Shown one piece after another: positions 19,827 to 28,719 of a DNA stretch of 32,000 nt (within the stretch, counting starts at the first letter, position 1; every line of letters begins with the position of its first letter). Origin of the DNA: Candidatus Jordarchaeales archaeon. Its GTDB lineage: Archaea; Asgardarchaeota; Jordiarchaeia; Jordiarchaeales; Freyrarchaeaceae. Location of the stretch: contig JAWAHN010000003.1 in assembly GCA_038889235.1 (NCBI GenBank), positions 173,703-205,702 of the forward strand, given 5' to 3'. Below the pieces are notes generated by a model, which was given only the letters and a program-made list of their open reading frames with translations, had not been told where the DNA came from and searched no databases. The translations under genes and the position numbers were made by a program.

Positions 19827-19875
19827 ATTCGAGCCTCCGTTCAGGCGCAAGCTGAAAAACTAGTCATCAATGAAC

Positions 19876-19908
19876 TATTTAAATCTTTTTTGTACAAAAA
19901 TGTACATT
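19876..19908 (-). promoter_or_regulatory. trp operon promoter with tandem TGTACA (TRP-box-like) operator
   Basis: TATA TTTAAATA (19883-19876) with an A-rich BRE. Palindromes TTTTTGTACAAAAA (19887-19900) and AATGTACATT (19899-19908) give two TGTACA boxes 10 bp apart, abutting the BRE. Confidence 0.65.
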
Positions 19909-20058
19909 AAATCATTTTTCTAGACAGCAGGCAGCATGCGGAAGAAAGTAGATGCAACATGCAAAATTAGGGGGAAGCTTTGGCTGGGAAGGTTTGAGAG
20001 TGTTAAAAAGAAGGCGACGGGCGGTTAAAGTTAAAAATGGTTTCGATTAGTCAGCCGT

Positions 20059-20421
20059 CTACTTTAGTGCTGTTGCAACTATCTGTGCGAATGGGTCCAT
20101 TTCGTGTGCGTCTCCCATTATGATGAGCTTCCAGGTTTTCCTGACTTCTTTTTCGGGTATGGCTCCTGTGAGTATGCCTTTCAGCGTTTCTTCGTCCGAC
20201 CTGTATATGAGGTCTGGGCTCGGGTATTCGCCTTCCTTAAACCTTGCTCCCTTCTTCGTGAAGACTATGTGGTACGCTTTCTGCACTCCTTTAAGGTCGC
20301 CTACCTCGAACTCTATTATCTTCCCGTAGTACTTGTCACCTATCCACTCCCTCACAAGGTCTAGGGCTTTCTCGTTAATTTTACGGGTGAGCTCTTCAAG
20401 GAAGGCTTTGAGGTCGCTCAT
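20059..20421 (-). CDS. SCP2 (sterol carrier protein 2)-like lipid-binding domain protein
   Basis: ..YHIVFTKKGARFKEGEYPSPDLIYRSDEETLKGILTG..LIIMGD resembles the SCP2 pattern (G...PD..i..d.etl..i..G....l.i.Gd). Confidence 0.65.
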   Translation of the reverse strand: MSDLKAFLEELTRKINEKALDLVREWIGDKYYGKIIEFEVGDLKGVQKAYHIVFTKKGARFKEGEYPSPDLIYRSDEETLKGILTGAIPEKEVRKTWKLIIMGDAHEMDPFAQIVATALK

Positions 20422-20708
20422 CTTCCTTCCTCCACCTTTTTAACCCATTCTTCAGCGGCTTTCCTCACGGCGTCCTCAACGTGGCTGGCCGATATGTCCC
20501 CGTATACCTTCTCAACGGCGTCGAGGAACCTCTTGTAAAACGGGTACTCCCACCTGACAATGATCCTGCCCTTCTTGTTTTCCACAAGAGAGATGCCGAG
20601 GAACTTCGACTCCTCTCTGAAGTACTCGTACTCGACGTCTTCAAGCTCCAGGACGGGGTACCTTATGAACTCGGATCCCGGAGCATACCCCTTATACTTC
20701 TTCTCCAA
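20418..20708 (-). CDS. Small hypothetical protein, possibly ribbon-helix-helix-like
   Basis: 96 aa, TTG start, ATGA overlap with the SCP2 gene; C-terminal FYKRFLDAVEKVYG..VEDAVRKAAEEWV helix pair. Confidence 0.65.
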   Translation of the reverse strand: MEKKYKGYAPGSEFIRYPVLELEDVEYEYFREESKFLGISLVENKKGRIIVRWEYPFYKRFLDAVEKVYGDISASHVEDAVRKAAEEWVKKVEEGR

Positions 20709-20711
20709 AGA

Positions 20712-20966
20712 TTACACCCCCTGCTTTTTCAGAGCTTTCAATTCCTCCTGGGTTAGTATTACTTGCCCCGTTATATACGGCCACTGGATTAGTATTATCT
20801 TCCTGTTACCCGGGGCTGAGCCGTAGAAGAGGTATCCGCCTCTGTTCCTAGTGTACTCTGAGAGGATGAGCTTGCAGACTGCTTCCAGTGGTAAATCGCA
20901 CCACTCAGCCTGTTTCTTCAGCTTTTCCACGACGTCTTGATCTAAATCCACTTTGACCTCAACCAT
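20712..20966 (-). CDS. Small protein with N-terminal CopG/ribbon-helix-helix-like motif
   Basis: VKVDLDQDVVEKLKKQAEWCDLPLEAVCKLILSEY; starts 1 nt after the nitroreductase stop. Confidence 0.6.
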   Translation of the reverse strand: MVEVKVDLDQDVVEKLKKQAEWCDLPLEAVCKLILSEYTRNRGGYLFYGSAPGNRKIILIQWPYITGQVILTQEELKALKKQGV

Positions 20967-20967
20967 T

Positions 20968-21711
20968 TTACTCTTCCTCCCTGAAGGCTTTCCTTATGTA
21001 CGGGTTGCCCCATCTCTCCTTGTAGAAGAGCCCTTCAAGTGTTAGGCGTGACGGACCTATCATGCGCTCCTCTGCCCTCACTCCGATGCTGAGCGTTGCG
21101 ACGACCTCCCATGACCTCGGGATCCCGAGCCTGTCAGCTAGGAGCTCTCTTCTCCTCGGATCCATTATCGGGAAAGCCTGGTAGCCTGCACCGTACCCTA
21201 GGGCTGTCGCCATAAGCCACATTTTCATGAGGGCCATTCCGACGCATATCGAGCCGAAGAAGCTGAGAGGGTAGAGTACCGGTGAGTCGTGGAACGACTC
21301 AGAGGCGCAGGCGACGATTACCACGTCGGCGTACCTTGGGTACTCGAAGAGGCTACCATCCCTCATCTCGGTGAACGTCCAAGGCCTCCTGTCGGGAGGA
21401 ACGTACCATATTCTCCCCTGGGTGAGCTCGGCTGGAAACGTTCCGAAAGTTTCCTTTGCAGCTTCAACGGCTAGGTCGGCTATCAGGTCCTTTGTCTCCT
21501 GGTCGTCTCTCACTATGACGAAGCGGTACATTTGCATGTTCTCGGGTGAAGGCGTGTACCTTGCAGCGTCAAGGATTTTCTCCAAATCCTCGTCCGGTAT
21601 TCTCTCCCCGGTATACCTCCTAATCGAGCGCCTCAGCCTTATCGCGTCCTGCACGGTTACGGGGACGTTCTTGCTGGGCTTCCCGTACTTCCACTCCTTC
21701 TTCATAGGCAT
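20968..21711 (-). CDS. Nitroreductase-family flavoprotein
   Basis: AIRLRRSIRRY, ARYTPSPENMQMYRFVIV, MWLMATALGYG, LGIP..W..VATLSIG. Confidence 0.9.
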   Translation of the reverse strand: MPMKKEWKYGKPSKNVPVTVQDAIRLRRSIRRYTGERIPDEDLEKILDAARYTPSPENMQMYRFVIVRDDQETKDLIADLAVEAAKETFGTFPAELTQGRIWYVPPDRRPWTFTEMRDGSLFEYPRYADVVIVACASESFHDSPVLYPLSFFGSICVGMALMKMWLMATALGYGAGYQAFPIMDPRRRELLADRLGIPRSWEVVATLSIGVRAEERMIGPSRLTLEGLFYKERWGNPYIRKAFREEE

Positions 21712-21877
21712 TCCTCCCTAACACGGATGTCAAAACTTCATCAAGTAAATGAACTTAAAAACTTGACTGAAAAAGCCTCTTCAAAGCTGCAAGCAGAGAG
21801 ACCGTAGGCGCCGCCTCACGGCAACCTTAATGTAGCAGACTGACTTCTGTAATCGAGAGCCTTAGGAGGCGCTTGCT

Positions 21878-22078
21878 TTGAGTGGCAGAGTCAGAGTGGA
21901 TGCTGGGCGGTGTGCGGGCACTAGGAGGTGTGGTGTCTGCCTACTAGTTTGCCCCGCCGGGTGTTTCGCCGTCGACGAGAGAAGTAAGAAGGTCGTGGTT
22001 GTCAACGAAGACGCCTGCATGGAGTGCTACGCGTGCAAGGTGCAGTGTAGGCACAACGCGATCGAGCTGGGCTTCTAG
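21878..22078 (+). CDS. 2[4Fe-4S] ferredoxin
   Basis: C-x5-C-x2-C-x3-CP and C-x2-C-x2-C-x3-C in 66 aa; TTG start after SD GGAGG. Confidence 0.9.
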   Translation: MSGRVRVDAGRCAGTRRCGVCLLVCPAGCFAVDERSKKVVVVNEDACMECYACKVQCRHNAIELGF

Positions 22079-22977
22079 AGAAACTTCAATGCTTCTTCGA
22101 CATTGTTAACTAGGTTGCTTAGCTTTGAAGCTAGCTTGCCGCTGTCCGACACCTCCCTAGAAGTGAGAGCAGGGATCCTTACCACTCTTTCAGGCTTCAG
22201 GAGGTCAACGATGTTTCTAGCCTCGAGGTTCCTCGGATCCCTTGACGGTGCGGCGGCTGCTTCGACCGCTCTCTTGAAACGCTCACCGTCATATATGAAC
22301 ACTACTCCCGGAGCGACGCCAAGAGCCAGGTTGAAGCTCAGCTCCGGGTCTGGGCAGACCGCGTCGTTGAACCCCTCGACGACCACGACGTCACTCCTCC
22401 GGCACACAGCATTGTAGCAGCTTATTATCGCTGCGTGCGCATGCTGGACATAAACTCTATTCCACTCCTCAAGGCTTTCGACCACGACCACCCGGCTAGC
22501 TTTTCTTCTAAGCTCTTCGATGTAATCCCAGTCTTTGAAGATCAGGCAGTCCTTTCCAAGGTTTACCCCGTTCAGGCAAAGGGTAACCTTAAGCGAGCCG
22601 TCGAAAAACGTGTAGCGTTCAGCAACCAAGCTGAGAAAGGGGTCAGCGAAGTGGAGCTCGACAAGCCGCAAGTTGAGGGTTAGCCTATCAGGGGGGCTGA
22701 AAAGTGCGTCGACGGGATTGAGGACCTCGAGGGGGAGCATGTTGCACTCGCACGCTTCAGCGAGGCGGAGCACATCCCAAGAGTAGAGGCGTCCCTCCTC
22801 GCGGCACTTAGCGTAGACTTCGTGGTGGTACCAGTAGCTGTGCCCGGACCTAGGCTTGAAAACCCCAACCTTCCACCCTTTAAGATGCAGCCCCCTAGCT
22901 ATAGCCATGCACACAGTAGTCTTCCCGGAGGATTCAGGTAGAAGACCGAAAACGAAGACAGATAGCAACTCGCCCAC
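22075..22977 (-). CDS. Predicted P-loop ATPase/GTPase (COG4028-like, dethiobiotin-synthase-like N-terminus)
   Basis: VFGLLPESSGKTT, VGVFKP.SGH, LNPVDAL, VVVEGFND. Confidence 0.75.
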   Translation of the reverse strand: MGELLSVFVFGLLPESSGKTTVCMAIARGLHLKGWKVGVFKPRSGHSYWYHHEVYAKCREEGRLYSWDVLRLAEACECNMLPLEVLNPVDALFSPPDRLTLNLRLVELHFADPFLSLVAERYTFFDGSLKVTLCLNGVNLGKDCLIFKDWDYIEELRRKASRVVVVESLEEWNRVYVQHAHAAIISCYNAVCRRSDVVVVEGFNDAVCPDPELSFNLALGVAPGVVFIYDGERFKRAVEAAAAPSRDPRNLEARNIVDLLKPERVVRIPALTSREVSDSGKLASKLSNLVNNVEEALKFL

Positions 22978-23084
22978 CGCCCATCAACAAGAGAAAAATA
23001 AGAGGAAACTCTTTTCTTCCAGCAGCTTCCCCGGCTAGCAGACTGGCGCGACACGCCTCTCTACTAAAAAATTCTTCAGGACGC

Positions 23085-24260
23085 CTATATTGTTTTCCTG
23101 TTAAACAATTTTGCCGCAAGGTATAGCAAGGCGGCTGCTGGGCAGACTAGGTAGGCGAAAGAAAGCAGGGGGTTATAGGGGAGACCTTGTAAGAACTTGA
23201 GTAGCGTAAACACTATAAATGCTTGGGGTAGCAGTTCGCCTCCCTGGACGAGGAGACTAACCGGAAAACTTATGAAAGCTTCCATCAGGATCCGGCTGGG
23301 GTCAAACGACGTAATATTCCAGACCCCACTAGCCAAACCACTGAAAAAGTGGATCAGCGTTAGGAGATGGCCAAATGGAAGGAAGTAGATTGTTAACATT
23401 CCTCCTCTAATATGGAGGATGAAAATCAACTGGTTGAGAAGTATTTGTTGAATATAGGTCGTTGGCATACCCGGAGACCCAAGGAGAAGCGTGACCAAGG
23501 ATATTGCGCTTGCCCCTATACTTTCGAGCGGCGAGGGTCCTATAGTGTACTGAAGTATAAACGTGCAGCTGAAGAGTAAGAAGAAGGGTACAAAAAGCGT
23601 CATACGGGGAAAGTAAATGTTAATTAATGCTATTATTGCTTGAGCGAAAAGCAGGAAGAAAAAGAGGGGCAGTATTATAACGTGTAGGGGGGTTAACCAG
23701 TCAATTAACGAGCTAAAAGGGGTCAGTAAAGCCGAATTGTAAATATACAGTCTTAGGATGTATACTAGAAGGGTGGCTAGGAGCGAATATAGAAGTGCAC
23801 TTACTATACTTCTGAAGACGAGAAGCTTACCCCTATCAGCTCTCACAAACAGGTAAACCTCTTCGCTCTTTATTCTGCTAGTGCGCGTCAAAGCAAAGAT
23901 TACAACAACTGACATGAGCACGGTAAGTATAAACTGGAAGCTGAACGATATGCTTACAATGTCACCTTTAAGGAGGAGCAGAAATGCAACATACCCTCTT
24001 AGTGGGTCTGGAAAAGCCCCAAGCACTTTGTAAGCTAACTCCAACTGAGTTGAGTAGTACCTCACATGGAGGGGGAAATATTGCCCTGCGATGAGTTCTT
24101 GAAACAGTTGGCTGATTCTTTGAAGGAGCTGTGAGGTATTGGTCGCTATCATGAATAATGGAGTGAAAATTAATATGAGTATGATGTTTACTGGTAGGGC
24201 TTTAACGAATCTTTTTAGCTCGTATCTGGTCATTGCTTTGAGTCTTATTTGCCAGGTCAA
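23085..24260 (-). CDS. ABC-2-type exporter permease
   Basis: 391 aa, multiple TM helices, ATGA overlap with the upstream ABC ATPase; MTRYELKRF.. start and ..LFNRKTI end are typical of ABC-2 permeases. Confidence 0.8.
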   Translation of the reverse strand: MTWQIRLKAMTRYELKRFVKALPVNIILILIFTPLFMIATNTSQLLQRISQLFQELIAGQYFPLHVRYYSTQLELAYKVLGAFPDPLRGYVAFLLLLKGDIVSISFSFQFILTVLMSVVVIFALTRTSRIKSEEVYLFVRADRGKLLVFRSIVSALLYSLLATLLVYILRLYIYNSALLTPFSSLIDWLTPLHVIILPLFFFLLFAQAIIALINIYFPRMTLFVPFFLLFSCTFILQYTIGPSPLESIGASAISLVTLLLGSPGMPTTYIQQILLNQLIFILHIRGGMLTIYFLPFGHLLTLIHFFSGLASGVWNITSFDPSRILMEAFISFPVSLLVQGGELLPQAFIVFTLLKFLQGLPYNPLLSFAYLVCPAAALLYLAAKLFNRKTI

Positions 24261-25183
24261 GCTTGGTCGCCCTCGACTAGTTTTAGGAAGATGTCTTCGA
24301 GTTCTCTTCCAAGTTCCTTTAGCTCGTAGACGAATATGTTGGCCTCGTTGTAGGCTTCCACTAGGTTGGTCCAGAGTTTTTTCGGGTCCGTTGTTGATGC
24401 CTCCACTCCCAGCTCGGTGACTTTTGCATCTATGCCTGCCTCTTTGAGAAGGCTTGCAAGTTTTTCGTTGTTGTCGCTGCTGATGACGTATGAGTGTTTC
24501 TCCACTTTGACTATGTTCTTCAGCTCGGTGATCTTCGTCTGGACTATGAGGCGACCCTTGTTTATTATTGCGACGTGGTCTGCCACTTTTTCAACCTCGT
24601 GGAGAATGTGACTGTTGAGGAAAATAGTGCGTTCCTTGCTGAGGTTGCGGATGAGTTCAAGTATTTCTGCTCTGCCTATTGGGTCTAGGTTAGCGGTGGG
24701 CTCATCTAAGAAGACGACTTCGGGGTCGCCCATGAGAGCGTTCGCTAGAAGCCACCTTTTGAACATGCCCATGCTAAACTTGGAGACTTTCTTGTTCCTC
24801 ACATCCCAGAGGCCGACGAGCTCGAGCAACTCTTCAGCCTGCTTCTTCAGACTTCTCATGTCCCGCGCGCTGTTGAAGCTTGCTAGCGTGACAAGGTAGC
24901 TGAGCGCCTTCTCCTTCGGCTTAGGGAAGTACTCTGGCAGGAAGCCGACCACGTTCCTAACGTTCTCCATGTCGCGTTTGATGTCCCACCCCATAATCGT
25001 GGCGGTCCCCTCTGTTGGGGGAGTTAAGCCGACCAGCATCTTAACAGTAGTTGTTTTGCCAGCACCGTTCGGGCCCAAAAAGCCGAAAACACACTTCTCG
25101 GGAACTTTAATGTTGAGCCTATCAACAGCAACAAGCTTCGAGTAAACCTTCGTTAAATCGAAGGTTTCAACAGCAATTGACAA
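24257..25183 (-). CDS. ABC transporter ATP-binding protein (multidrug/ABC-2 type)
   Basis: GPNGAGKTT, FSMGM signature, FLDEP, NSHILHEVE. Likely start TTG 25183 after SD GGAGGGGG. Confidence 0.95.
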   Translation of the reverse strand: MSIAVETFDLTKVYSKLVAVDRLNIKVPEKCVFGFLGPNGAGKTTTVKMLVGLTPPTEGTATIMGWDIKRDMENVRNVVGFLPEYFPKPKEKALSYLVTLASFNSARDMRSLKKQAEELLELVGLWDVRNKKVSKFSMGMFKRWLLANALMGDPEVVFLDEPTANLDPIGRAEILELIRNLSKERTIFLNSHILHEVEKVADHVAIINKGRLIVQTKITELKNIVKVEKHSYVISSDNNEKLASLLKEAGIDAKVTELGVEASTTDPKKLWTNLVEAYNEANIFVYELKELGRELEDIFLKLVEGDQA

Positions 25184-25276
25184 TAAAACCCCCCTCCACC
25201 TAGGGGCTACATTGCCACCAAAATAACACAATTAGTCTAATAGGTTTTGACGGATTATTTATCTTTTTTGGTTTTG

Positions 25277-25984
25277 TCATATGTCGCGAAGGTTCTTTAT
25301 TTTTGGAAATTTTTTCACGGTAACTCCTGGCTCAACGAGGTATGGTGTGAATTCTCCGACGTCTGTGAATTTTAGCAGTGGGGACATGTAGTCCCGTTCT
25401 TTGTTCATGAGGGTTCCGGTGGCTAGGGGGTGCATTGATGGTAATACTACCAGCTCTTTTTCAGCGTAGTCCCCCATGAGGAAGGCTTTGTACCTGAACT
25501 TTGTCCCGAACTCGTCCCTTAATAGTACTGAGGGGTGCTCGTGCCCTATTACTATTCTCTCAGCGGTTTGTGATGGGAGGCGGTGGCCGTGAAGGAAAAG
25601 GTAATCGCCTATTTTGACTTCGAGCTCCAACGGCAGCTCGTACTTCTTCATTAGGGTTACTATGAAGTTGTCGTGGTTTCCTCGGACAAATGCCAGCTTC
25701 ACTTTCTCCTTTAGAAGGGTTTCTATGAGGTCTCTGACTTCAACCCACTCTTGCAGGCTTGCTTCTCCGAACTCGTGCTTAAAGTCCCCGTTGATAACCA
25801 GAATGTCAGGGGAGTGGACGTTTATCATTTCGAGGATCATTTCCTTTATTTTTGGGTACTGGCTGGCTATGAAGAGCCCCTCTTCCCTCAACACCTCCTC
25901 GTACCCTAGGTGTAGGTCAGCTACGACGAGCACGCCTACCTCTTCTATCAGGAGGCCCAAGTTTTCTAGGGGTTTTCCCCACAA
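25277..25984 (-). CDS. Calcineurin-like metallophosphoesterase (Lhr-associated MPE, COG1407-like)
   Basis: ADLHLG, NGDFKH, RGNHD, HGH, GHEHP; overlaps the lhr 3' end by 19 nt. Confidence 0.92.
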   Translation of the reverse strand: MWGKPLENLGLLIEEVGVLVVADLHLGYEEVLREEGLFIASQYPKIKEMILEMINVHSPDILVINGDFKHEFGEASLQEWVEVRDLIETLLKEKVKLAFVRGNHDNFIVTLMKKYELPLELEVKIGDYLFLHGHRLPSQTAERIVIGHEHPSVLLRDEFGTKFRYKAFLMGDYAEKELVVLPSMHPLATGTLMNKERDYMSPLLKFTDVGEFTPYLVEPGVTVKKFPKIKNLRDI

Positions 25985-28506
25985 GAGGATGCCTCCACTA
26001 CTTTCTGGTAGAGGTATTCCAGTAGCTTGAGCCTGTCCTCCATCAATATGACGTCTGACAACCCTGAGAGGTATACTCCGTGGGCTAGGGGGCTTGGGAC
26101 AGGGGTTTTCACGTGGACTATCTCCAGTTCTCCTCGCTCTATTGACTTTAACACCTCGATGGCGTTTTTGATGTCCATGACGTCTTCCATGATCTCCCTC
26201 TCGGTCTCTTTAAGTATGGGGAACCCGTCGATCTCGGATACCGCCCTCAGGAGGGCTTCCGCGTTCCTTATCTGTCTCTTCGCCCCTATTTCGTAACCCT
26301 TGTAGTTTCTGAGGACCATGAAGCTTCTCGTTGCGACGTGGCGGAACCTTCTCTTGAACATCTCGGTGTTTCTTATGGCCTTGGACAGTATCTCCCTTAG
26401 GTTGGATGAGGAAACCTTGCTCACGAGGAGGCGCGCGTCAACCCTTCTTCGCGGAATAGTGAGCATGAAGCCGTGGTCGGTGACTGAGACCCCGACGTTG
26501 ACCCCGAGCTCCTTGCTCACAACCCAGGCATATGCTCTTGACAGAGCGTCGTTGACCCTCCTGCCGAAGAGGAACAGGAAGAGGAGGTTTTGCCGCCCGT
26601 CTTCGTCCTCGAACTCCTCTACTAGCAGGCTTCTTCCGTTAACCTCCACCCCAAGTTTCCCGAGGAAATCCTTTTCAAGCTTCAAGATGTCTAGGATTGC
26701 GTCGGCCGCCCACCTACTAACTCTGTACTCCTTCTCCAGCGTCTCCCTGTCTATTTCTCCTTTGAAAACGCGCTCTATGAATCGCCTAATCTCGCATGCC
26801 AGGTCGAAGCTTAGTGGTAGCATTTCGCTGAACCATGAGGGTATTGTCGGCTTCTTCCCCTTGGCGTCCTTCACGTAAGCGTTGAGCCCGCTTGCCTTCA
26901 CAAACTCGTACACTCTTCCTCCTAGCACAAATATGTCCCCTGGTTCAAGCCTTTCAAGAAACTCTTCTTCGATGTTTCCAACGTACCTCTTCCCGGGGAG
27001 CGAGTAAACTTTTATTGCCACCTCGTCGGGTATCGTTCCGATGTTGAGCATGTAGATCACCTTCGCGTACTTCCCTCTTCTGCCGAAAACCCTGTCGTGC
27101 TCGTCGTACCAAATCTTACCGTAAACCTTGTACGGCTCGAGACCATATCCGCCTGACAGGTATCTGAGGACGCTCTCGAAGTCCTCCCACGAGAGACTCC
27201 TGAAACTATAGGATCTTCTCACAAGGTTGAAGGCCTCCTCAGCGCTCCACTTCTTTTCAAGGGCCATGCCAACAAGGTGCTGGGCGAGCACGTCGAGCGC
27301 GTTCTGTGGATGAGAAGTTCTGTCTAGGATGCCGTCGTAGGCGCACTTGACCATTACAGCGCACTCTAACAGGTCGTCGTGGCTCATGCAGAGAAGTATC
27401 CCCTTAGAGACATCTCTAATCCTGTGGCCCGCTCTCCCTATCCTTTGGAGACATCTCGTGATGCTTTTTGGAGATCCTATCTGGACAACGCAGTCAATGT
27501 AACCTATGTCTATCCCCAGCTCGAGGCTTGTCGAGCTGACTACGACCTTCAGCTCTCCATTTTTCAGCCTCTCCTCAACGCTCAGCCTGATGTCCCTTGA
27601 AAGACTGCCGTGATGCGTCCCGATTAAGTCAACGTCAACGCTGTCCTGAAGGTGGAAGGCGACCTTCTCTGCTCCGGAGCGAGTGTTCGTGAAAACCAGC
27701 GTCGTCCGGTGCTCGTCTATTATCTCGCTTAGCCTCCTATACATTTCCCTGTTAAGGCTTTCAGCGTCAATGTGTATGAGGTCTTGGGTGGGAACCTCAA
27801 CTCTGATGTCCTTCTCCTTGGCGTACGCCGCGTTAACGACGACGCAGCTCCTACCCTCCCCGACGAGGAAGCGCGCAACCTCATCCAGCGGCCATATTGT
27901 AGCTGAGAGGCCTATTCTTTGGAACGAGGTTTGGTAGTTCAGCCTCTCTAGGCTCAACGAGAGGTGGGCGCCTCTCTTGCTTTCGAAAAGAGCGTGAATT
28001 TCGTCGACTATAACCCAGCGCGGCTCCAGTTTGTTCCTGAACCTTGAGGCGTTCAGTATTATAGCCAGGGTTTCAGGGGTTGTTATCAGTATGTGTGGCG
28101 GCTTCTTGAGCATCTTTTGCCTTTCATTCGAGGATGTGTCTCCAGTTCTCACAGAAACTCTCACGAAGTCAAGACCCATCTCTTCGAGGGGGACGAGCAG
28201 GTTGCGCTTGATGTCGTTGTTAAGCGCCCTAAGCGGGCTAACATAGATGGCGTAGACCTTGTCTTCGAGTACTCCGTTCCACTCCATGAAGGCAAGCTCA
28301 CTTATTATGGTAAGGAAGGCTGCGAGAGTCTTGCCTGTCCCAGTTGGACTAGTGATGAGAACATTCTCACCCTTATGGATTAACGGGATTGCCATGGACT
28401 GTGGAGGGGTGGGTTCAAAGCGGGAGTACCACCTAGCAACCTTCGGGTGTAGGAGGGATAGAATCTCATCCTTGGAGTAAACTCGGTCAGCGTAACGCAC
28501 ACTCAT
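25966..28506 (-). CDS. lhr: Lhr-core superfamily 2 ATP-dependent helicase
   Basis: SPTGTGKT, VYVSPLRALNND, RTGDT, DEIH, GLSAT, HHGSL, SLELGID, QRIGRAGH, PSWFSE. Confidence 0.95.
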   Translation of the reverse strand: MSVRYADRVYSKDEILSLLHPKVARWYSRFEPTPPQSMAIPLIHKGENVLITSPTGTGKTLAAFLTIISELAFMEWNGVLEDKVYAIYVSPLRALNNDIKRNLLVPLEEMGLDFVRVSVRTGDTSSNERQKMLKKPPHILITTPETLAIILNASRFRNKLEPRWVIVDEIHALFESKRGAHLSLSLERLNYQTSFQRIGLSATIWPLDEVARFLVGEGRSCVVVNAAYAKEKDIRVEVPTQDLIHIDAESLNREMYRRLSEIIDEHRTTLVFTNTRSGAEKVAFHLQDSVDVDLIGTHHGSLSRDIRLSVEERLKNGELKVVVSSTSLELGIDIGYIDCVVQIGSPKSITRCLQRIGRAGHRIRDVSKGILLCMSHDDLLECAVMVKCAYDGILDRTSHPQNALDVLAQHLVGMALEKKWSAEEAFNLVRRSYSFRSLSWEDFESVLRYLSGGYGLEPYKVYGKIWYDEHDRVFGRRGKYAKVIYMLNIGTIPDEVAIKVYSLPGKRYVGNIEEEFLERLEPGDIFVLGGRVYEFVKASGLNAYVKDAKGKKPTIPSWFSEMLPLSFDLACEIRRFIERVFKGEIDRETLEKEYRVSRWAADAILDILKLEKDFLGKLGVEVNGRSLLVEEFEDEDGRQNLLFLFLFGRRVNDALSRAYAWVVSKELGVNVGVSVTDHGFMLTIPRRRVDARLLVSKVSSSNLREILSKAIRNTEMFKRRFRHVATRSFMVLRNYKGYEIGAKRQIRNAEALLRAVSEIDGFPILKETEREIMEDVMDIKNAIEVLKSIERGELEIVHVKTPVPSPLAHGVYLSGLSDVILMEDRLKLLEYLYQKVVEASSCGENP

Positions 28507-28615
28507 ATGGAACGGTTAAGTGGGAAGCCCTATAAGAGTTTCTAAGACGGCGGAGGTATTAAGTGGCCAATTTTTCGGCAAAATCCACGTTACCTTTCAA
28601 AATTATTGGTTACTG

Positions 28616-28719
28616 GTGTCCCTCCTGAGAACCAGAACATACTATAACGGTAAACTCTACGTTCCGACAAGGGTTAGGAGACGCTTGGGTTAGAGGATGG
28701 GGACAATTTTGAGATATAG
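28616..28719 (+). pseudogene. AbrB/MazE/SpoVT-family DNA-binding protein remnant
   Basis: (GTG)SLLRTRTYYNGKLYVPTRVRRRLG* then, after a 1-nt shift, LEDGDNFEI*; matches the G...IP..VR..LgL..GD motif. Confidence 0.55.

Noticed and set aside
22075-22078. Convergent ferredoxin and P-loop genes share CTAG as both stop codons
   Set aside because: Common consequence of compact genomes; no further signal.
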